Positions 19,990 to 30,435 of a stretch of 64,000 nucleotides of DNA are shown piece after piece. The DNA is from Bdellovibrionales bacterium. GTDB lineage: Bacteria > Bdellovibrionota > Bdellovibrionia > Bdellovibrionales > UBA1609. The translations under genes and the position numbers were made by a program. Every line of letters starts with the position of its first letter. The first letter of the stretch is position 1. Under the pieces are notes generated by a model. The model ran no database searches. It was given only the letters and a program-made list of their open reading frames with translations, and had not been told where the DNA came from. The stretch is taken from contig CBDBIB010000001.1 in assembly GCA_965205945.1 (NCBI GenBank), positions 128,001-192,000 on the forward strand, written 5' to 3'.

Positions 19990-21870
19990 TTAAGATGATT
20001 TTTTAAAATTAAACCAGGATTTGCGAGTAGTTTTTTTAACGACTCCAACTCTACTTTTAACTATCTGTAGCTCTCTTCTAGCAGGTAAAAACTGAGGATT
20101 ATTTTCTAATGAAAGAGCTATAAACTTTTGAAAACCATTAAAATCACTCTGAGCCAATAATTGTAGTGCTTTTATATAATAGTATAAAGCATTATTAGTT
20201 AAAGTTTTCTGTTCTTTTTGCATAAAAGTATTTATAGAATCGTTAACTTTAAAACTATTTTTGCTCTTTAATGCTGCCCATAAGTAGTATAGCCCAAATT
20301 CATTAGGATAGTTTTTATGCATTTCGTTAGTGTCTAAAAGTTTAAAAGCTTTAGAATATTCTCCCTTATTTAAAAGAATTTTTGAAGATTCAAGAACATT
20401 GTTATATTCTAGTTTCATTTGTGTTTTTTGGTTTTTTTTAAAACTTTCATAAGTTATTCTATTGCCAGAAGTTTTAATTAGATTAAATGCCGTTGTAAGC
20501 TCAACAAAAACACTCTTGGCTTCATAAAGCTCTTGAGTAGAGAGTATAGTAGTTATTCTATCAGGATGTAGTTCTTTAGATAATTTTTGATATGCCTTAG
20601 AGATGTTTTGATCACTGGCATTATTTTGATGAATATTAAAAAGAGAATAAGGATTGTTTTGTTTTAATTTAATTTTAAGGCTTTGAATTAGTTTTAAGAG
20701 TATCTCTTTTTTTGTAGAACCTGAAGGATTGATTTCATTTTGAACTTTTAAGTTGTCTTGGATTAAATTAGAAAATATTAAAATAAGATCAATCTTTGTT
20801 AAATCTTTAGGACTAGAAGAAAGAATTTTATCTAATTCTTTAGAGTTTTGAGTTTTGCTTTGAGTATAAAAAGGTGATTTTATAAACGTAACTTCAGATA
20901 TAATAGAGTTTAAATTTTGAAATAAAGATTCTGGAGCTTTAGACTCAAGCCAAATGCACATTTCCTTTTTGATCTCATACTGATTTAAACTGGTTGAATC
21001 ATCAAAATTTTTTTCTTCAGGTTCTGGCATAAAAGTACAGGTCATATTTTGTATAGATAAAAGACCATTTAACCTATTGATGTGTTGTTGTTTCATGGCC
21101 ATAGGAATAGCATGTGGACTTAGTAAATTTAAATTTACTAGTGTTGTTCCAATACGGGTTTTATTAGTTTTAAATTCTTTAGAGTTTATATAAGAAGAAA
21201 GGCTTTCTCTAGTAAGATAACCTAAACCGACTAAAAGTTCTCCTAAAGAGTTGCTATACTCAGATGAAGATATTTTATATAAAAATCCTGATTTTATAGT
21301 AATAGTGTAGTAAATTTTTGTAAAAGAGTCAGCTAGATTTATTGTATAAGAAAAGCCAAAGTTTGAAATTAAAGGTAGAATATAAGAGAGTTCAAAACCA
21401 TTAATTTTTTTTGTTAAATTTAAAATTTCAGAAACCTTATGTTCATTCATATTTTCATGAAAAAGGGGTTTTAAGACAAAAGCGTTTTCTTGTTGTGAGC
21501 AACGGTTAAAAACTTCTTCTAACTTTTTTTTTGAAATCGGTTTGATTAAATAATCCTCTATGTAATTAAAGGATTCAGCTTCTTTAGTGGATACCTTATC
21601 AATAAGAACACCACTCATAAGAATTATTTTAGTATTAAGATTTTTTTCTTTAATTATTAGGTTTAACTCACTAGCTAAAGTGAAACCATCTTTTACGGGC
21701 ATAAGACAATCAATTAAAATGAGGTCAAAGTTATTTTGATTTAAAATATTTTTTGCCTGCTCGGATTTAAGGCAAATACTTGCAAAGTGACCTATATGAG
21801 TAATAAGGCGCTCTAAACTAGATGCAAACTCTGTGGAGTCATCGATGATTAGAATATTAAGACTATTCAT
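19990..21870 (-). CDS. Response regulator with DnaJ (J) domain and C-terminal TPR-like helices
   Basis: REC: ILIIDD, IDCLMPVKDG, YLIKP. J-domain: NPYSLF...KAYQKLSKELHPDR...FVELTTAFNLI. Confidence 0.8.
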   Translation of the reverse strand: MNSLNILIIDDSTEFASSLERLITHIGHFASICLKSEQAKNILNQNNFDLILIDCLMPVKDGFTLASELNLIIKEKNLNTKIILMSGVLIDKVSTKEAESFNYIEDYLIKPISKKKLEEVFNRCSQQENAFVLKPLFHENMNEHKVSEILNLTKKINGFELSYILPLISNFGFSYTINLADSFTKIYYTITIKSGFLYKISSSEYSNSLGELLVGLGYLTRESLSSYINSKEFKTNKTRIGTTLVNLNLLSPHAIPMAMKQQHINRLNGLLSIQNMTCTFMPEPEEKNFDDSTSLNQYEIKKEMCIWLESKAPESLFQNLNSIISEVTFIKSPFYTQSKTQNSKELDKILSSSPKDLTKIDLILIFSNLIQDNLKVQNEINPSGSTKKEILLKLIQSLKIKLKQNNPYSLFNIHQNNASDQNISKAYQKLSKELHPDRITTILSTQELYEAKSVFVELTTAFNLIKTSGNRITYESFKKNQKTQMKLEYNNVLESSKILLNKGEYSKAFKLLDTNEMHKNYPNEFGLYYLWAALKSKNSFKVNDSINTFMQKEQKTLTNNALYYYIKALQLLAQSDFNGFQKFIALSLENNPQFLPARRELQIVKSRVGVVKKTTRKSWFNFKKSS

Positions 21871-21877
21871 ATGTGAT

Positions 21878-21905
21878 ATTTCGGATTTTTAAGTCTCACA
21901 TTTGA
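21878..21905 (-). promoter_or_regulatory. Candidate sigma-28 (FliA) promoter
   Basis: Minus strand reads CAAA-N15-TCCGAAAT ending 7 nt before the ATG; no Shine-Dalgarno sequence. Confidence 0.3.
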
Positions 21906-21991
21906 TAGTGATCTTAAATATTCTTGAGATTTAACTGTCAAGACGATAATCTCAAGGTTGTTAGCCCATATGAAAGGTTTAAGGAGACAAT

Positions 21992-22312
21992 ATGAGTATT
22001 TTAAACATTAATGATTCTCAATTTGAGACGGAAGTTATAAATTCAGGAAAAACTATTTTAGTAGATTTTTGGGCAGAATGGTGTGGGCCATGTAAAGTAT
22101 TAGGGCCAAAACTTGAAGAGATTTCAAGCGAATTAGCAGATTCTGTAAAAATCATTAAAATTAATATTGATAAAAATAAAGAAACTGCACAAAAGTTTGG
22201 AATTAGAAGTATCCCTACCATGATTATTTTTAAAGACGGAAAAGATGTTGAGACAATGACCGGAAACCTTTCTAAAAAAGAGATTTTAGGAAAATTAACA
22301 GCTCAAATTTAA
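21992..22312 (+). CDS. trxA: Thioredoxin
   Basis: VDFWAEWCGPCK, IRSIPT. Confidence 0.97.
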   Translation: MSILNINDSQFETEVINSGKTILVDFWAEWCGPCKVLGPKLEEISSELADSVKIIKINIDKNKETAQKFGIRSIPTMIIFKDGKDVETMTGNLSKKEILGKLTAQI

Positions 22313-22330
22313 TTTTTTAAAAGCGTATTT

Positions 22331-23437
22331 TTAATTAAATAAGCTTTTTTTTCTAATAATATTAGAAATTAAACCCAACGCTGCCATATTTGTTAAAATA
22401 GAGGACCCCCCGTAACTTAAAAGTGGTAGCGGTAAGCCTACAATGGGAAGTATTCCTGTAATCATACTAATATTTATAAAGAAATGCCAAAATATAAACC
22501 CACTAACACCTATACAAACTAAGGCCCCATAGGGATCTGTGGTGAATCCTGCGACATTAATAATATTTAAAAACAAGAATAAGAAAAGTAAGATAATAAA
22601 AGCAGATCCTATAAAACCATGCTCTTCGCTTAAAACAGAAAAAATAAAGTCAGTATGACGCTCTGGTAAAAATTCTAATTGTGATTGAGTTCCTTTGCGG
22701 TACCCACGACCTAGAAAGATTCCACTTCCTACAGCAATCTTTGATTGTCTAGAATTGTATCCTCCTCCACGAAGATCTTTTCCTGGGTTTAAGAAAGTGT
22801 AGATTCTTTGCTTTTGATACTCTTTAAGCCCATAATTCCAAACTACAGGAAGTGATAATGAGCCCATAATAAAAGCTGAAATCAAAATCCTTTTATCTAT
22901 TCCAACAAATAAAATCATAGAGCCTGCAATAGCGGCCATGATTAAAGATGTTCCAAGGTCAGGTTGTATAACAGTTAGAGTGAAGGGGATAAACAAAAGA
23001 GCAATTGGTAAAATAAGATCTTTTAGATTTAAAGAGGGCTTTAAAAGATTTTTAGAAAGAACTGCAGCTAGTGCAAGTACCAACGCAATCTTCATAGTTT
23101 CAGAGGGTTGGAGTCTAAAAAACCCAAAATCAATCCATCGTTGTGCACCATAAAAACTTTTTCCTATAATTTGCACTAAAACAAGAAAGCCAATATTGAT
23201 AAAGTAAATAGGCCAGGTTAAGCGCTTTATAAAATTAAAATTAATAAATGTAAGAGCTAAAAAAAGCAGCCAGCCTAAAACAAACCAAATAATTTGAGAC
23301 ATAAAAACTGTACTAATCCCTATGGAAATAAGAGAGTGTGATGCACTGTACAGGTTTATAAGAGAGGTGATGGTTAGTATGGCTATTAAGAATATAAAGT
23401 TAAAATCAGCTCTTATTCTGGTATTTTTAAGTTCCAT
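22331..23437 (-). CDS. rodA: Rod shape-determining protein RodA
   Basis: GAQRW, LQPSE, QPDLGT, PERHTDFIF, PLLSYGGSS; downstream of mrdA. Confidence 0.95.
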   Translation of the reverse strand: MELKNTRIRADFNFIFLIAILTITSLINLYSASHSLISIGISTVFMSQIIWFVLGWLLFLALTFINFNFIKRLTWPIYFINIGFLVLVQIIGKSFYGAQRWIDFGFFRLQPSETMKIALVLALAAVLSKNLLKPSLNLKDLILPIALLFIPFTLTVIQPDLGTSLIMAAIAGSMILFVGIDKRILISAFIMGSLSLPVVWNYGLKEYQKQRIYTFLNPGKDLRGGGYNSRQSKIAVGSGIFLGRGYRKGTQSQLEFLPERHTDFIFSVLSEEHGFIGSAFIILLFLFLFLNIINVAGFTTDPYGALVCIGVSGFIFWHFFINISMITGILPIVGLPLPLLSYGGSSILTNMAALGLISNIIRKKSLFN

Positions 23438-23439
23438 AG

Positions 23440-25380
23440 TTATTTCTTACCCTTAGTTTTAAAAATTTTAGGATGATGTGTTTTCATATAAAGAGTTAAG
23501 AGATCAATTACCATAGGGGCAGCACCACTTGCACCATGACAGGTATGAAGTGCTAAACCTGCAACTACAATTTCTGGATTTTCAGCAGGTGCAAAACCAA
23601 CAAAAATACCATGGTGGCGGTCTTTTTCAGGACGACTTTCACATTTTGTATAAATATCATTAGAGCTAAACCCTCGAACTTGTACAGTTCCAGTTTTTCC
23701 AGCCATTAAAAATTTTTTAGAAGATCTATATCGTGCTGTCCCACGCTCACCATGAGCGACTTTTATAAGCCCTTCAATAACAGATTCAAAATCTTTTTTT
23801 CTCATTTTAAGGCCCGTTTTATCTGTAAGATTTTCTATGAGTTCAGGTTGAAAAGACTCAACAGTATTTTCGTTTTCATCTAAAATTTCCTTGACTAAAA
23901 TAGGTTTTATAACTTTTCCTTTAGAGGCAAGACTTAAATATCCTCTGGCAAGTTGTAATAAAGTAGTATTAATAGCTCCTTGACCAATAGAGTAGCTTAA
24001 GTCCTCACCTTTTTGCCAACTGTCTTTACGGTTTTTTTTAGCCCAGTCAGTAGTGGGAAGTAACCCTTTAGATTCTTGAACATATTTAACACCCGTGTTT
24101 TTTCCTATTCCAAGCCTTGAAATTATTCGAGACATTTCATCCACGCCAAGAGTTATCCCAAGTTTATAGAAAAAAATATTTCCAGAAACTTCTAAAGCCT
24201 CACTTAAATTAATAGTACCATGACCACTTTTTCTTGAATCGTGATAATCTCTTTTTCCAAAATGAAAAACTCCTGGAGAATTAATCTTTGTATGTTTTTT
24301 TATAGCATTTAAATGAAGAGCAGTAAGTCCAACAAAAGGTTTAAAAACAGAACCTGGAGAATAGGTTCCCTGGGCAACTTTATCCGTTAAAGGTTTAAAG
24401 CGATTTGTATTAAGTTGCTTCCAACTTTCATTAGAAATTCCTGTTTGAAAAACATCTGGATGAAAGGAAGGGTTTGAGGCCCATGCTAAAATTTCACCTT
24501 TGATGCTTAAAGCAACAAGTCCTCCTTTTCTTATGCCAATTTTATCTTCTCTATAAAAAGTTTTAAAGGCTTTAGATTGAAGGTTTTTATCTAAAGTCAG
24601 GATAATGTTGTTTCCAATTTTAGGGTCAACATTGTTTAAGCCGATATAAGAAATTAATGAGCTTGCTGCAGTTTGAACACGTCCTTTTACATCTACTTGT
24701 ACATAAGATATACCATCAACCCCTCTAACCTTAGAGTCTAAAGATTTTTCAAGACCAGTTTGCCCAATTTGATCACCCAGTTTAAAAATAAATCCTTTTC
24801 TACGCATTTTTTTAATTTGAGGCTTTGATGCTAATGAAACATAACCAAAAATTTGCGCCCCAGACTCTTTAAGTGGGTAGTCTCTAAAAATAACTTCTTC
24901 AACTAAAATTTTCGGATATCTTAAGCGAAGCTGCTTAAGTTTAAGGGCTTCATCTTGAGAAATTTCTTTAGAAACTATTCCAGGGTTAAAAGTTCCTGTT
25001 TTATTATAACTGCGAAGTGTTTGTTTTAATAATTTTTCAGGATTTTTTTTAAGTATGCTTGAGATAAGTTCAATAATTAATTTAAGTTCAGATTTATGCT
25101 GTTTTCTAAAAATAATAGGGTCTAAAGAAAGTCTAAAACCCGGTCTATTTGTTACAAGTGTTTGTCCATTACGATCTAAAAAATTCCCTCTAGGAGCCTG
25201 AACCTGTTGTTCTTTAATAGTATTTTTATCAGAAAAAACCCTTAGTCGACTTCCATTTAAAATTTGTAAGAACCATAGGCGAGCTAAAAGTATAACAATT
25301 AATAAAAAAACAACCGCAAAGGTTTTTTTTACTCGACTTTGATTCGCCTGTAAAAGTTCTTTTGATTCATAGATATTCAC
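23440..25380 (-). CDS. mrdA: Penicillin-binding protein 2
   Basis: APRGNFLDRNG, PGSVFK (SxxK), SGN (SxN), KTGT. Confidence 0.95.
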   Translation of the reverse strand: MNIYESKELLQANQSRVKKTFAVVFLLIVILLARLWFLQILNGSRLRVFSDKNTIKEQQVQAPRGNFLDRNGQTLVTNRPGFRLSLDPIIFRKQHKSELKLIIELISSILKKNPEKLLKQTLRSYNKTGTFNPGIVSKEISQDEALKLKQLRLRYPKILVEEVIFRDYPLKESGAQIFGYVSLASKPQIKKMRRKGFIFKLGDQIGQTGLEKSLDSKVRGVDGISYVQVDVKGRVQTAASSLISYIGLNNVDPKIGNNIILTLDKNLQSKAFKTFYREDKIGIRKGGLVALSIKGEILAWASNPSFHPDVFQTGISNESWKQLNTNRFKPLTDKVAQGTYSPGSVFKPFVGLTALHLNAIKKHTKINSPGVFHFGKRDYHDSRKSGHGTINLSEALEVSGNIFFYKLGITLGVDEMSRIISRLGIGKNTGVKYVQESKGLLPTTDWAKKNRKDSWQKGEDLSYSIGQGAINTTLLQLARGYLSLASKGKVIKPILVKEILDENENTVESFQPELIENLTDKTGLKMRKKDFESVIEGLIKVAHGERGTARYRSSKKFLMAGKTGTVQVRGFSSNDIYTKCESRPEKDRHHGIFVGFAPAENPEIVVAGLALHTCHGASGAAPMVIDLLTLYMKTHHPKIFKTKGKK

Positions 25381-25916
25381 TTTTCAACCTCAAAACCAAA
25401 AGGATATTTTACATGACAAGATGAGTCGATGAAAATTAGTATTGGGCGAATTAATACAAAGAGGGCAGACGATGTTAAGGCTGAGATGATCCACTTTATA
25501 ATTTTAGGGTGCTGAATAGAAGTATCTCCAAGTATCCAACTGATAGTAAAATAAAATACATAAAAACTTATTATAGCAATAAGTGAACATATTGAAAAAT
25601 ATGAAGGACCTTGAGTAAAAGAGCGGTTTTTAATAGCATGTATTAAGACCAAAACTCCCAAAAAACTCAGTATTGAGGCGTGATAGGGTATTCCAGAAAA
25701 AGCACCTAAGAAAAAAGGAGAAATCAAAGAGAATAAAATACCAGTAAGAAGGTCTCTGTGAAGACTTATAAAAATCAAACTAATTATCCAAAGATCAATT
25801 TCAATAAAAGAACTTCTAGGACTAAAAAAAATTGACTCAATAGCGCAAAAACAAATAAAAAAAAGAATCTGTAGACAGAATGCTAATATTGAAAAAAAAG
25901 TTTTATTTTGCTTCAT
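25377..25916 (-). CDS. mreD: Rod shape-determining protein MreD
   Basis: Polytopic ~180 aa membrane protein between mreC and mrdA. Confidence 0.75.
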   Translation of the reverse strand: MKQNKTFFSILAFCLQILFFICFCAIESIFFSPRSSFIEIDLWIISLIFISLHRDLLTGILFSLISPFFLGAFSGIPYHASILSFLGVLVLIHAIKNRSFTQGPSYFSICSLIAIISFYVFYFTISWILGDTSIQHPKIIKWIISALTSSALFVLIRPILIFIDSSCHVKYPFGFEVEK

Positions 25917-25920
25917 GTGT

Positions 25921-26736
25921 TTACTCTTTAGTAACCCCCGGGCTCTTAATCACAAAAAGTTCTTCGGCATTAAAAAGATCAACTAAGGGACGAATTGCTG
26001 CAGCCTTTGTAATTCCTGCGTTTGAAATTTTAATATTCTGAACCACCCCAATAGGGAGACCTTTAGGGTAAATACCCCCACTACCCGAGGTTACAATGAG
26101 GTCGCCCATTTGGATATCTAAAGATAAACCAAGGTGTCTAGCAGAGATTAAATTGTCACCCGTACCCTGAATAATAAGTTTTTCCCTTGAACGTTGAATA
26201 AGCCCTTCAATAACAAAAAAACGATCGGTAAGTATAAGAACCTGTGACCTTTTAGAAGAAGTTTTTAAAATATTACCAATTACGCCATTTAACCCAAGAA
26301 CGCCCATTTGTGCTTTAACGCCTTCTTTCATACCTTTATTTATAGTTAAAGTTTGGTTTTCTGAAAGTAAATCTTCAGATATAACAGAGCTTGCAATAAG
26401 CTTCATGGGGCTTTTTTCTTTAAGTTTAAGAAGCTTTTTTAGACGACTATTTTCTAACTTAAGCTCTTGGTAGGTGACACTTTCCATTTTTAGTTGTGAT
26501 GCTTCTTTGAGCAGTTTTTTGTTGTTTTTCTTAATTGAAATAAGGTTTAAGTACTTGCTTGTAGTGTCCTCAACTCCTTGACTAATAAAGCTTAAAGCAC
26601 TTTGAACTTTATAAGAGGCTTCTAAAAAAGGTGAAGATATGATGCGTAAAGAGCTTTCTAAATTAAATAACACGATAGGGGAAAAAATAATAGCAGAGAC
26701 AGCAAGTACTTTTTTAAAGTTAAAATGGAAAAACAT
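25921..26736 (-). CDS. mreC: Rod shape-determining protein MreC
   Basis: Coiled coil LKLENSRLKKLL; INKGMKEGV; VTSGSGGIYPKGLPIG. Confidence 0.93.
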   Translation of the reverse strand: MFFHFNFKKVLAVSAIIFSPIVLFNLESSLRIISSPFLEASYKVQSALSFISQGVEDTTSKYLNLISIKKNNKKLLKEASQLKMESVTYQELKLENSRLKKLLKLKEKSPMKLIASSVISEDLLSENQTLTINKGMKEGVKAQMGVLGLNGVIGNILKTSSKRSQVLILTDRFFVIEGLIQRSREKLIIQGTGDNLISARHLGLSLDIQMGDLIVTSGSGGIYPKGLPIGVVQNIKISNAGITKAAAIRPLVDLFNAEELFVIKSPGVTKE

Positions 26737-26867
26737 CTAAGAAATAGGTCTCCTTACCAATAGTGTACAATACTTTTAATTTAATATAATCCTAAAAGTT
26801 TACTCAATATAAATTTCGTGTCACCATAAGGTACAGTGTTTTTTTTAAACTTTAAAGGAATAATGAA

Positions 26868-28325
26868 ATGATTGAAAAAATTAGAAAACCAAAGAAATCA
26901 AAAAACATTATGAATTATACTGTTTATACTATTATTTTTGGAATGATCATTGCTACTTTCATATTTATGATCCCAGGTATGGGAGGTGGTGGAGGGACTG
27001 TGAATACAGCTGCTGAAGTAGGTTCAGCATCAATCTCTTTAAAAGACTATAGGGATCAGTTAAAAAGAACTAGAGGTGAGTATTCAAAGCTTTTTAATGG
27101 TGAGATTCCAGCATACTTTGAGAAAAATTTAAAAAATCAAGTTTTACAGGGGCTTATAAAAAAAGAAGTGCTCACCCAGTACGCAAAAAAGAATAATTTA
27201 ATAGTTTCTTCCGTTGAGGTTGCAGATTTTATTAAAAAAGATATTCCCGCTTTTCAAGAAGACGGTGAGTTTTCATATAATAGATATAGTATATATTTAA
27301 AAAACACTAGGTCTACAGCTAAAAAGTTTGAAAATATGGTGTCCAAAGATATTGCCTTTAAAAGGATTTACAATATGTTGTCAAGCTCATTGGTAAAATC
27401 AAATGAAGAAGTAAAGCTTGCAAAAACAGCTTTGAATGTTGAAGTTTCTTATAGCTTTATTGAGCTTAAAAATAAAGATTTAGAAAAAACTATAAAAATA
27501 CCTAAAGAGTCTATAGATGAGTTTGTCCAAGATACTAAAAGTGAGCTTCTTTTACAAGAGCAGTATGGAAAAATGGCGGGGCAATTTGATATTCCAGCTA
27601 AAGTTGACCTGGGTTATATCTTAATTAAAGACCAAGAAAAAGCTTTAACTCTTTCTAAGAGGTTAACAGCTTTAAATTTTAAAGAAGAAGCAAAGAAAAA
27701 CTCTGAAGATCCTTTGTCTAAAGATAAGGGTGGTGACCTTGGTGAAATTACTCAAGGAGGTTTTTCTCCTGAAATAGAAGCTAAAGCATTTAAAATGAAA
27801 AAAGGTGAGATTAGTACCCCCTTTAAAACAAATTTAGGATATGCTATTCTACATCTGAAAAATTCAAAACCTAAATCTGTAAAGCTATTAAAAGATGTTA
27901 AAAATCAGGTTGCAAAAGCTTATTTACAAAAACAAGGTGTTTTGACTTTAAAAAACAGTTTAGTTGCAGCAGTTCAAAAAAAACCTTCTGAGTTTGAGAC
28001 TAGAATTGCTCAAGCGGGCTTAAAGTGGAAGGAAGATCAAAAATATTCTTTAGGAGTATCTAGTTTGCCAGGTATTGGTGAATCTGAAGAAATTACGGAT
28101 AAATTATTATCTTTGGGAAAAAATGAAGTATATAAGAACATTGTTTCTTTTAAAAATAATGAATACTTTATTAAGTTAAAGAGTCTAAAAACTAAAACTC
28201 TTAAAGTTGATGCTAAGGTAGCTCAAAACAAGGTCTCTGGAAGAAGTAATCAGTTGATTAATTTAATGTATGAAAATGAGAGGCAGGGCTTAAATATTAA
28301 ATTAAACCCACAATTATTAGATTAA
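26868..28325 (+). CDS. PpiD/SurA-type periplasmic chaperone-PPIase
   Basis: N-terminal TM, SurA_N region (IPAFQEDGEFS), parvulin SEDPLSKDKGGDLG. Confidence 0.87.
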   Translation: MIEKIRKPKKSKNIMNYTVYTIIFGMIIATFIFMIPGMGGGGGTVNTAAEVGSASISLKDYRDQLKRTRGEYSKLFNGEIPAYFEKNLKNQVLQGLIKKEVLTQYAKKNNLIVSSVEVADFIKKDIPAFQEDGEFSYNRYSIYLKNTRSTAKKFENMVSKDIAFKRIYNMLSSSLVKSNEEVKLAKTALNVEVSYSFIELKNKDLEKTIKIPKESIDEFVQDTKSELLLQEQYGKMAGQFDIPAKVDLGYILIKDQEKALTLSKRLTALNFKEEAKKNSEDPLSKDKGGDLGEITQGGFSPEIEAKAFKMKKGEISTPFKTNLGYAILHLKNSKPKSVKLLKDVKNQVAKAYLQKQGVLTLKNSLVAAVQKKPSEFETRIAQAGLKWKEDQKYSLGVSSLPGIGESEEITDKLLSLGKNEVYKNIVSFKNNEYFIKLKSLKTKTLKVDAKVAQNKVSGRSNQLINLMYENERQGLNIKLNPQLLD

Positions 28326-28725
28326 ATCTATGAATCACAATACAACATATTAATAACGTAAACGGCTGCTTTAAGCTAAAGATTTTTTAAGTTTTACTTA
28401 GCACGTGTATAAGGTGAGTTATCAAGAGTATAAGGGAAATATTAAAGCAAATATTATTGATTTTTACACCCGTCTTTAAAACAAAAAAATATAGAGCTTA
28501 AGATTTAAGAGGATAAAATAGAGCTGAATTAGAATTTTTAGTGCGATCTCTTTTTTATTTAAAATGTCACATATGGGGCTCTAGGCTTTAATCCAAGTAT
28601 TTTACTCATAAAATATCATAAAGCCTTTGTCTCAATTTAGAACATTTTGGTTTCATTTGTATTAATTTTAGATTAATACAAACTATCTTAACTAAAGTCT
28701 AACTTTATTCCGATAGGTCTTTAGT

Positions 28726-30273
28726 ATGATTTTTAATAAAACTAAAGCACTTATAATATGTATGGCCTTTAGTGGCTTTTTTTCTCTTGCATATGGTCAA
28801 GATGCGGTCCCAGGAGAGTTTATTGTTTGCTATAAAAATGAGGATTCATCATTTCAAGCTCTAGAGAAGACATCAAGTAAGCACAATTTAAAACTTCATA
28901 AAGCTTGGAAAAAAATAAATACGTATTCTTTAAAAACTGATTTTATAAATCAAAATAATGATGCTAAAATTTTAAAAGACTTAAGAGCAAATCCTAATGT
29001 TCTTTTTGCTGAGCCTAATTACTATGTAAAAGCTCAATATCTGCCACTAACTTCTGTAGATATAAAAGCTCCAGAGAGTTGGCTTATAGAACCTGTTGAT
29101 TCGGCAGCTCCAATTACAGTTGCTGTTTTAGACTCAGGTTTAGATGTAGAGCACCCTATTTTTAAAAATACAGGAAGATTATGGTCGAATATAGCCGAGA
29201 TTAATGGAGAGGATGGAGTTGATGATGATGGCAATGGTAAAATTGATGATTATAATGGATGGAATTTTTTAGATAATAATAATAATTTAATGGACGAATC
29301 AAATCATGGAACCCATGTATCTGGAATTGTAGTTGGATCAACAGAAAATATTTTTAGTTTTAGTAGTTCCACAAATCCAAGAGTTCAGATCATGGTTTTA
29401 AAGTTTTTAAATTCAGCAGGCATAGGTACAACTTCTAAGGCTATAGACGCAATTTATTATGCTATTAATAACGGAGCTAAGATTATAAATAACTCATGGG
29501 GTGGGCCAGGTTACTCAAGAGCTTTACATCGAACTATTCTAGATACATTTTTAAAGAATATCTTATTTGTGGCGGCAGCAGGCAATGGTGATAAACACGG
29601 AGGAACTAATAATGATGAATTACCACTTTATCCTGCAAGCTACGATGTTCCAAATATTATTTCTGTGGGAGCAATAGATGATTTTGGTGATTTAGCTAAG
29701 TTTTCAAATTTTGGCCCTATTGGGGTAGATGTGGTTGCTCCAGGATTTAAGATAATAAGTACTCAACCAGGTGGTGGTTTTGAATTTCTAACTGGAACAA
29801 GCATGGCGGCACCTTTTGTCTCAGGCCTAGCGGCTTTAATGGTACAAAAATCTCCACATTTTACAGGGTATCAATTAAAAAGAGATATTATAAATTCTGT
29901 TGACAAACTTCCTTCATTAAACGGTCTTATAGCTACAGAGGGAAGGGTTAATTTTGAAAAAGCTGTTCAGTTAGCCAAACAAAATACGTCTGAAGCTGCA
30001 TTTTTACCTGAATATAATCTTGTGTATAGTTACTTTTCTAGAGATCTAGCCTCATTAGCTAGTAGAAAAGAAGTTAAAGGGTTTGGCTGTGGGAAAGTTC
30101 AAGCCTTGTATAAAAACTATAATAAAAATATAGGAAAAAATAAATTTAAATTTTCACAAATTTTTACAATAGTATTTTTTCTTTTACCGTTTTTAGTCGT
30201 TAAAATGGCAAGATCTAGTTTCTATAGACGAAAGTACAAGAAATATAGTTTTAAAGTTTTAAGAAATTCTTAA
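28726..30273 (+). CDS. S8 subtilisin-like serine protease with C-terminal membrane anchor
   Basis: Signal peptide, propeptide (VPGEFIV...AEPNY), triad LDSG / HGTHVSG / GTSMAAP, then GFGCG, a TM segment and a basic tail. Confidence 0.92.
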   Translation: MIFNKTKALIICMAFSGFFSLAYGQDAVPGEFIVCYKNEDSSFQALEKTSSKHNLKLHKAWKKINTYSLKTDFINQNNDAKILKDLRANPNVLFAEPNYYVKAQYLPLTSVDIKAPESWLIEPVDSAAPITVAVLDSGLDVEHPIFKNTGRLWSNIAEINGEDGVDDDGNGKIDDYNGWNFLDNNNNLMDESNHGTHVSGIVVGSTENIFSFSSSTNPRVQIMVLKFLNSAGIGTTSKAIDAIYYAINNGAKIINNSWGGPGYSRALHRTILDTFLKNILFVAAAGNGDKHGGTNNDELPLYPASYDVPNIISVGAIDDFGDLAKFSNFGPIGVDVVAPGFKIISTQPGGGFEFLTGTSMAAPFVSGLAALMVQKSPHFTGYQLKRDIINSVDKLPSLNGLIATEGRVNFEKAVQLAKQNTSEAAFLPEYNLVYSYFSRDLASLASRKEVKGFGCGKVQALYKNYNKNIGKNKFKFSQIFTIVFFLLPFLVVKMARSSFYRRKYKKYSFKVLRNS

Positions 30274-30435
30274 AGAGCTTTACCCCTGCAGTATTCATTA
30301 AAAATTAATGAAGCTAGCCTAAAGTAATGAAGTATTAAAAAAAATTATATTTAATGATGAAATCATATATAGTAATTTTTAGAAAAATAAGTTTTTTTTA
30401 AGAATTGATGTGATTTTTTGAAAGGGTGATTAATT

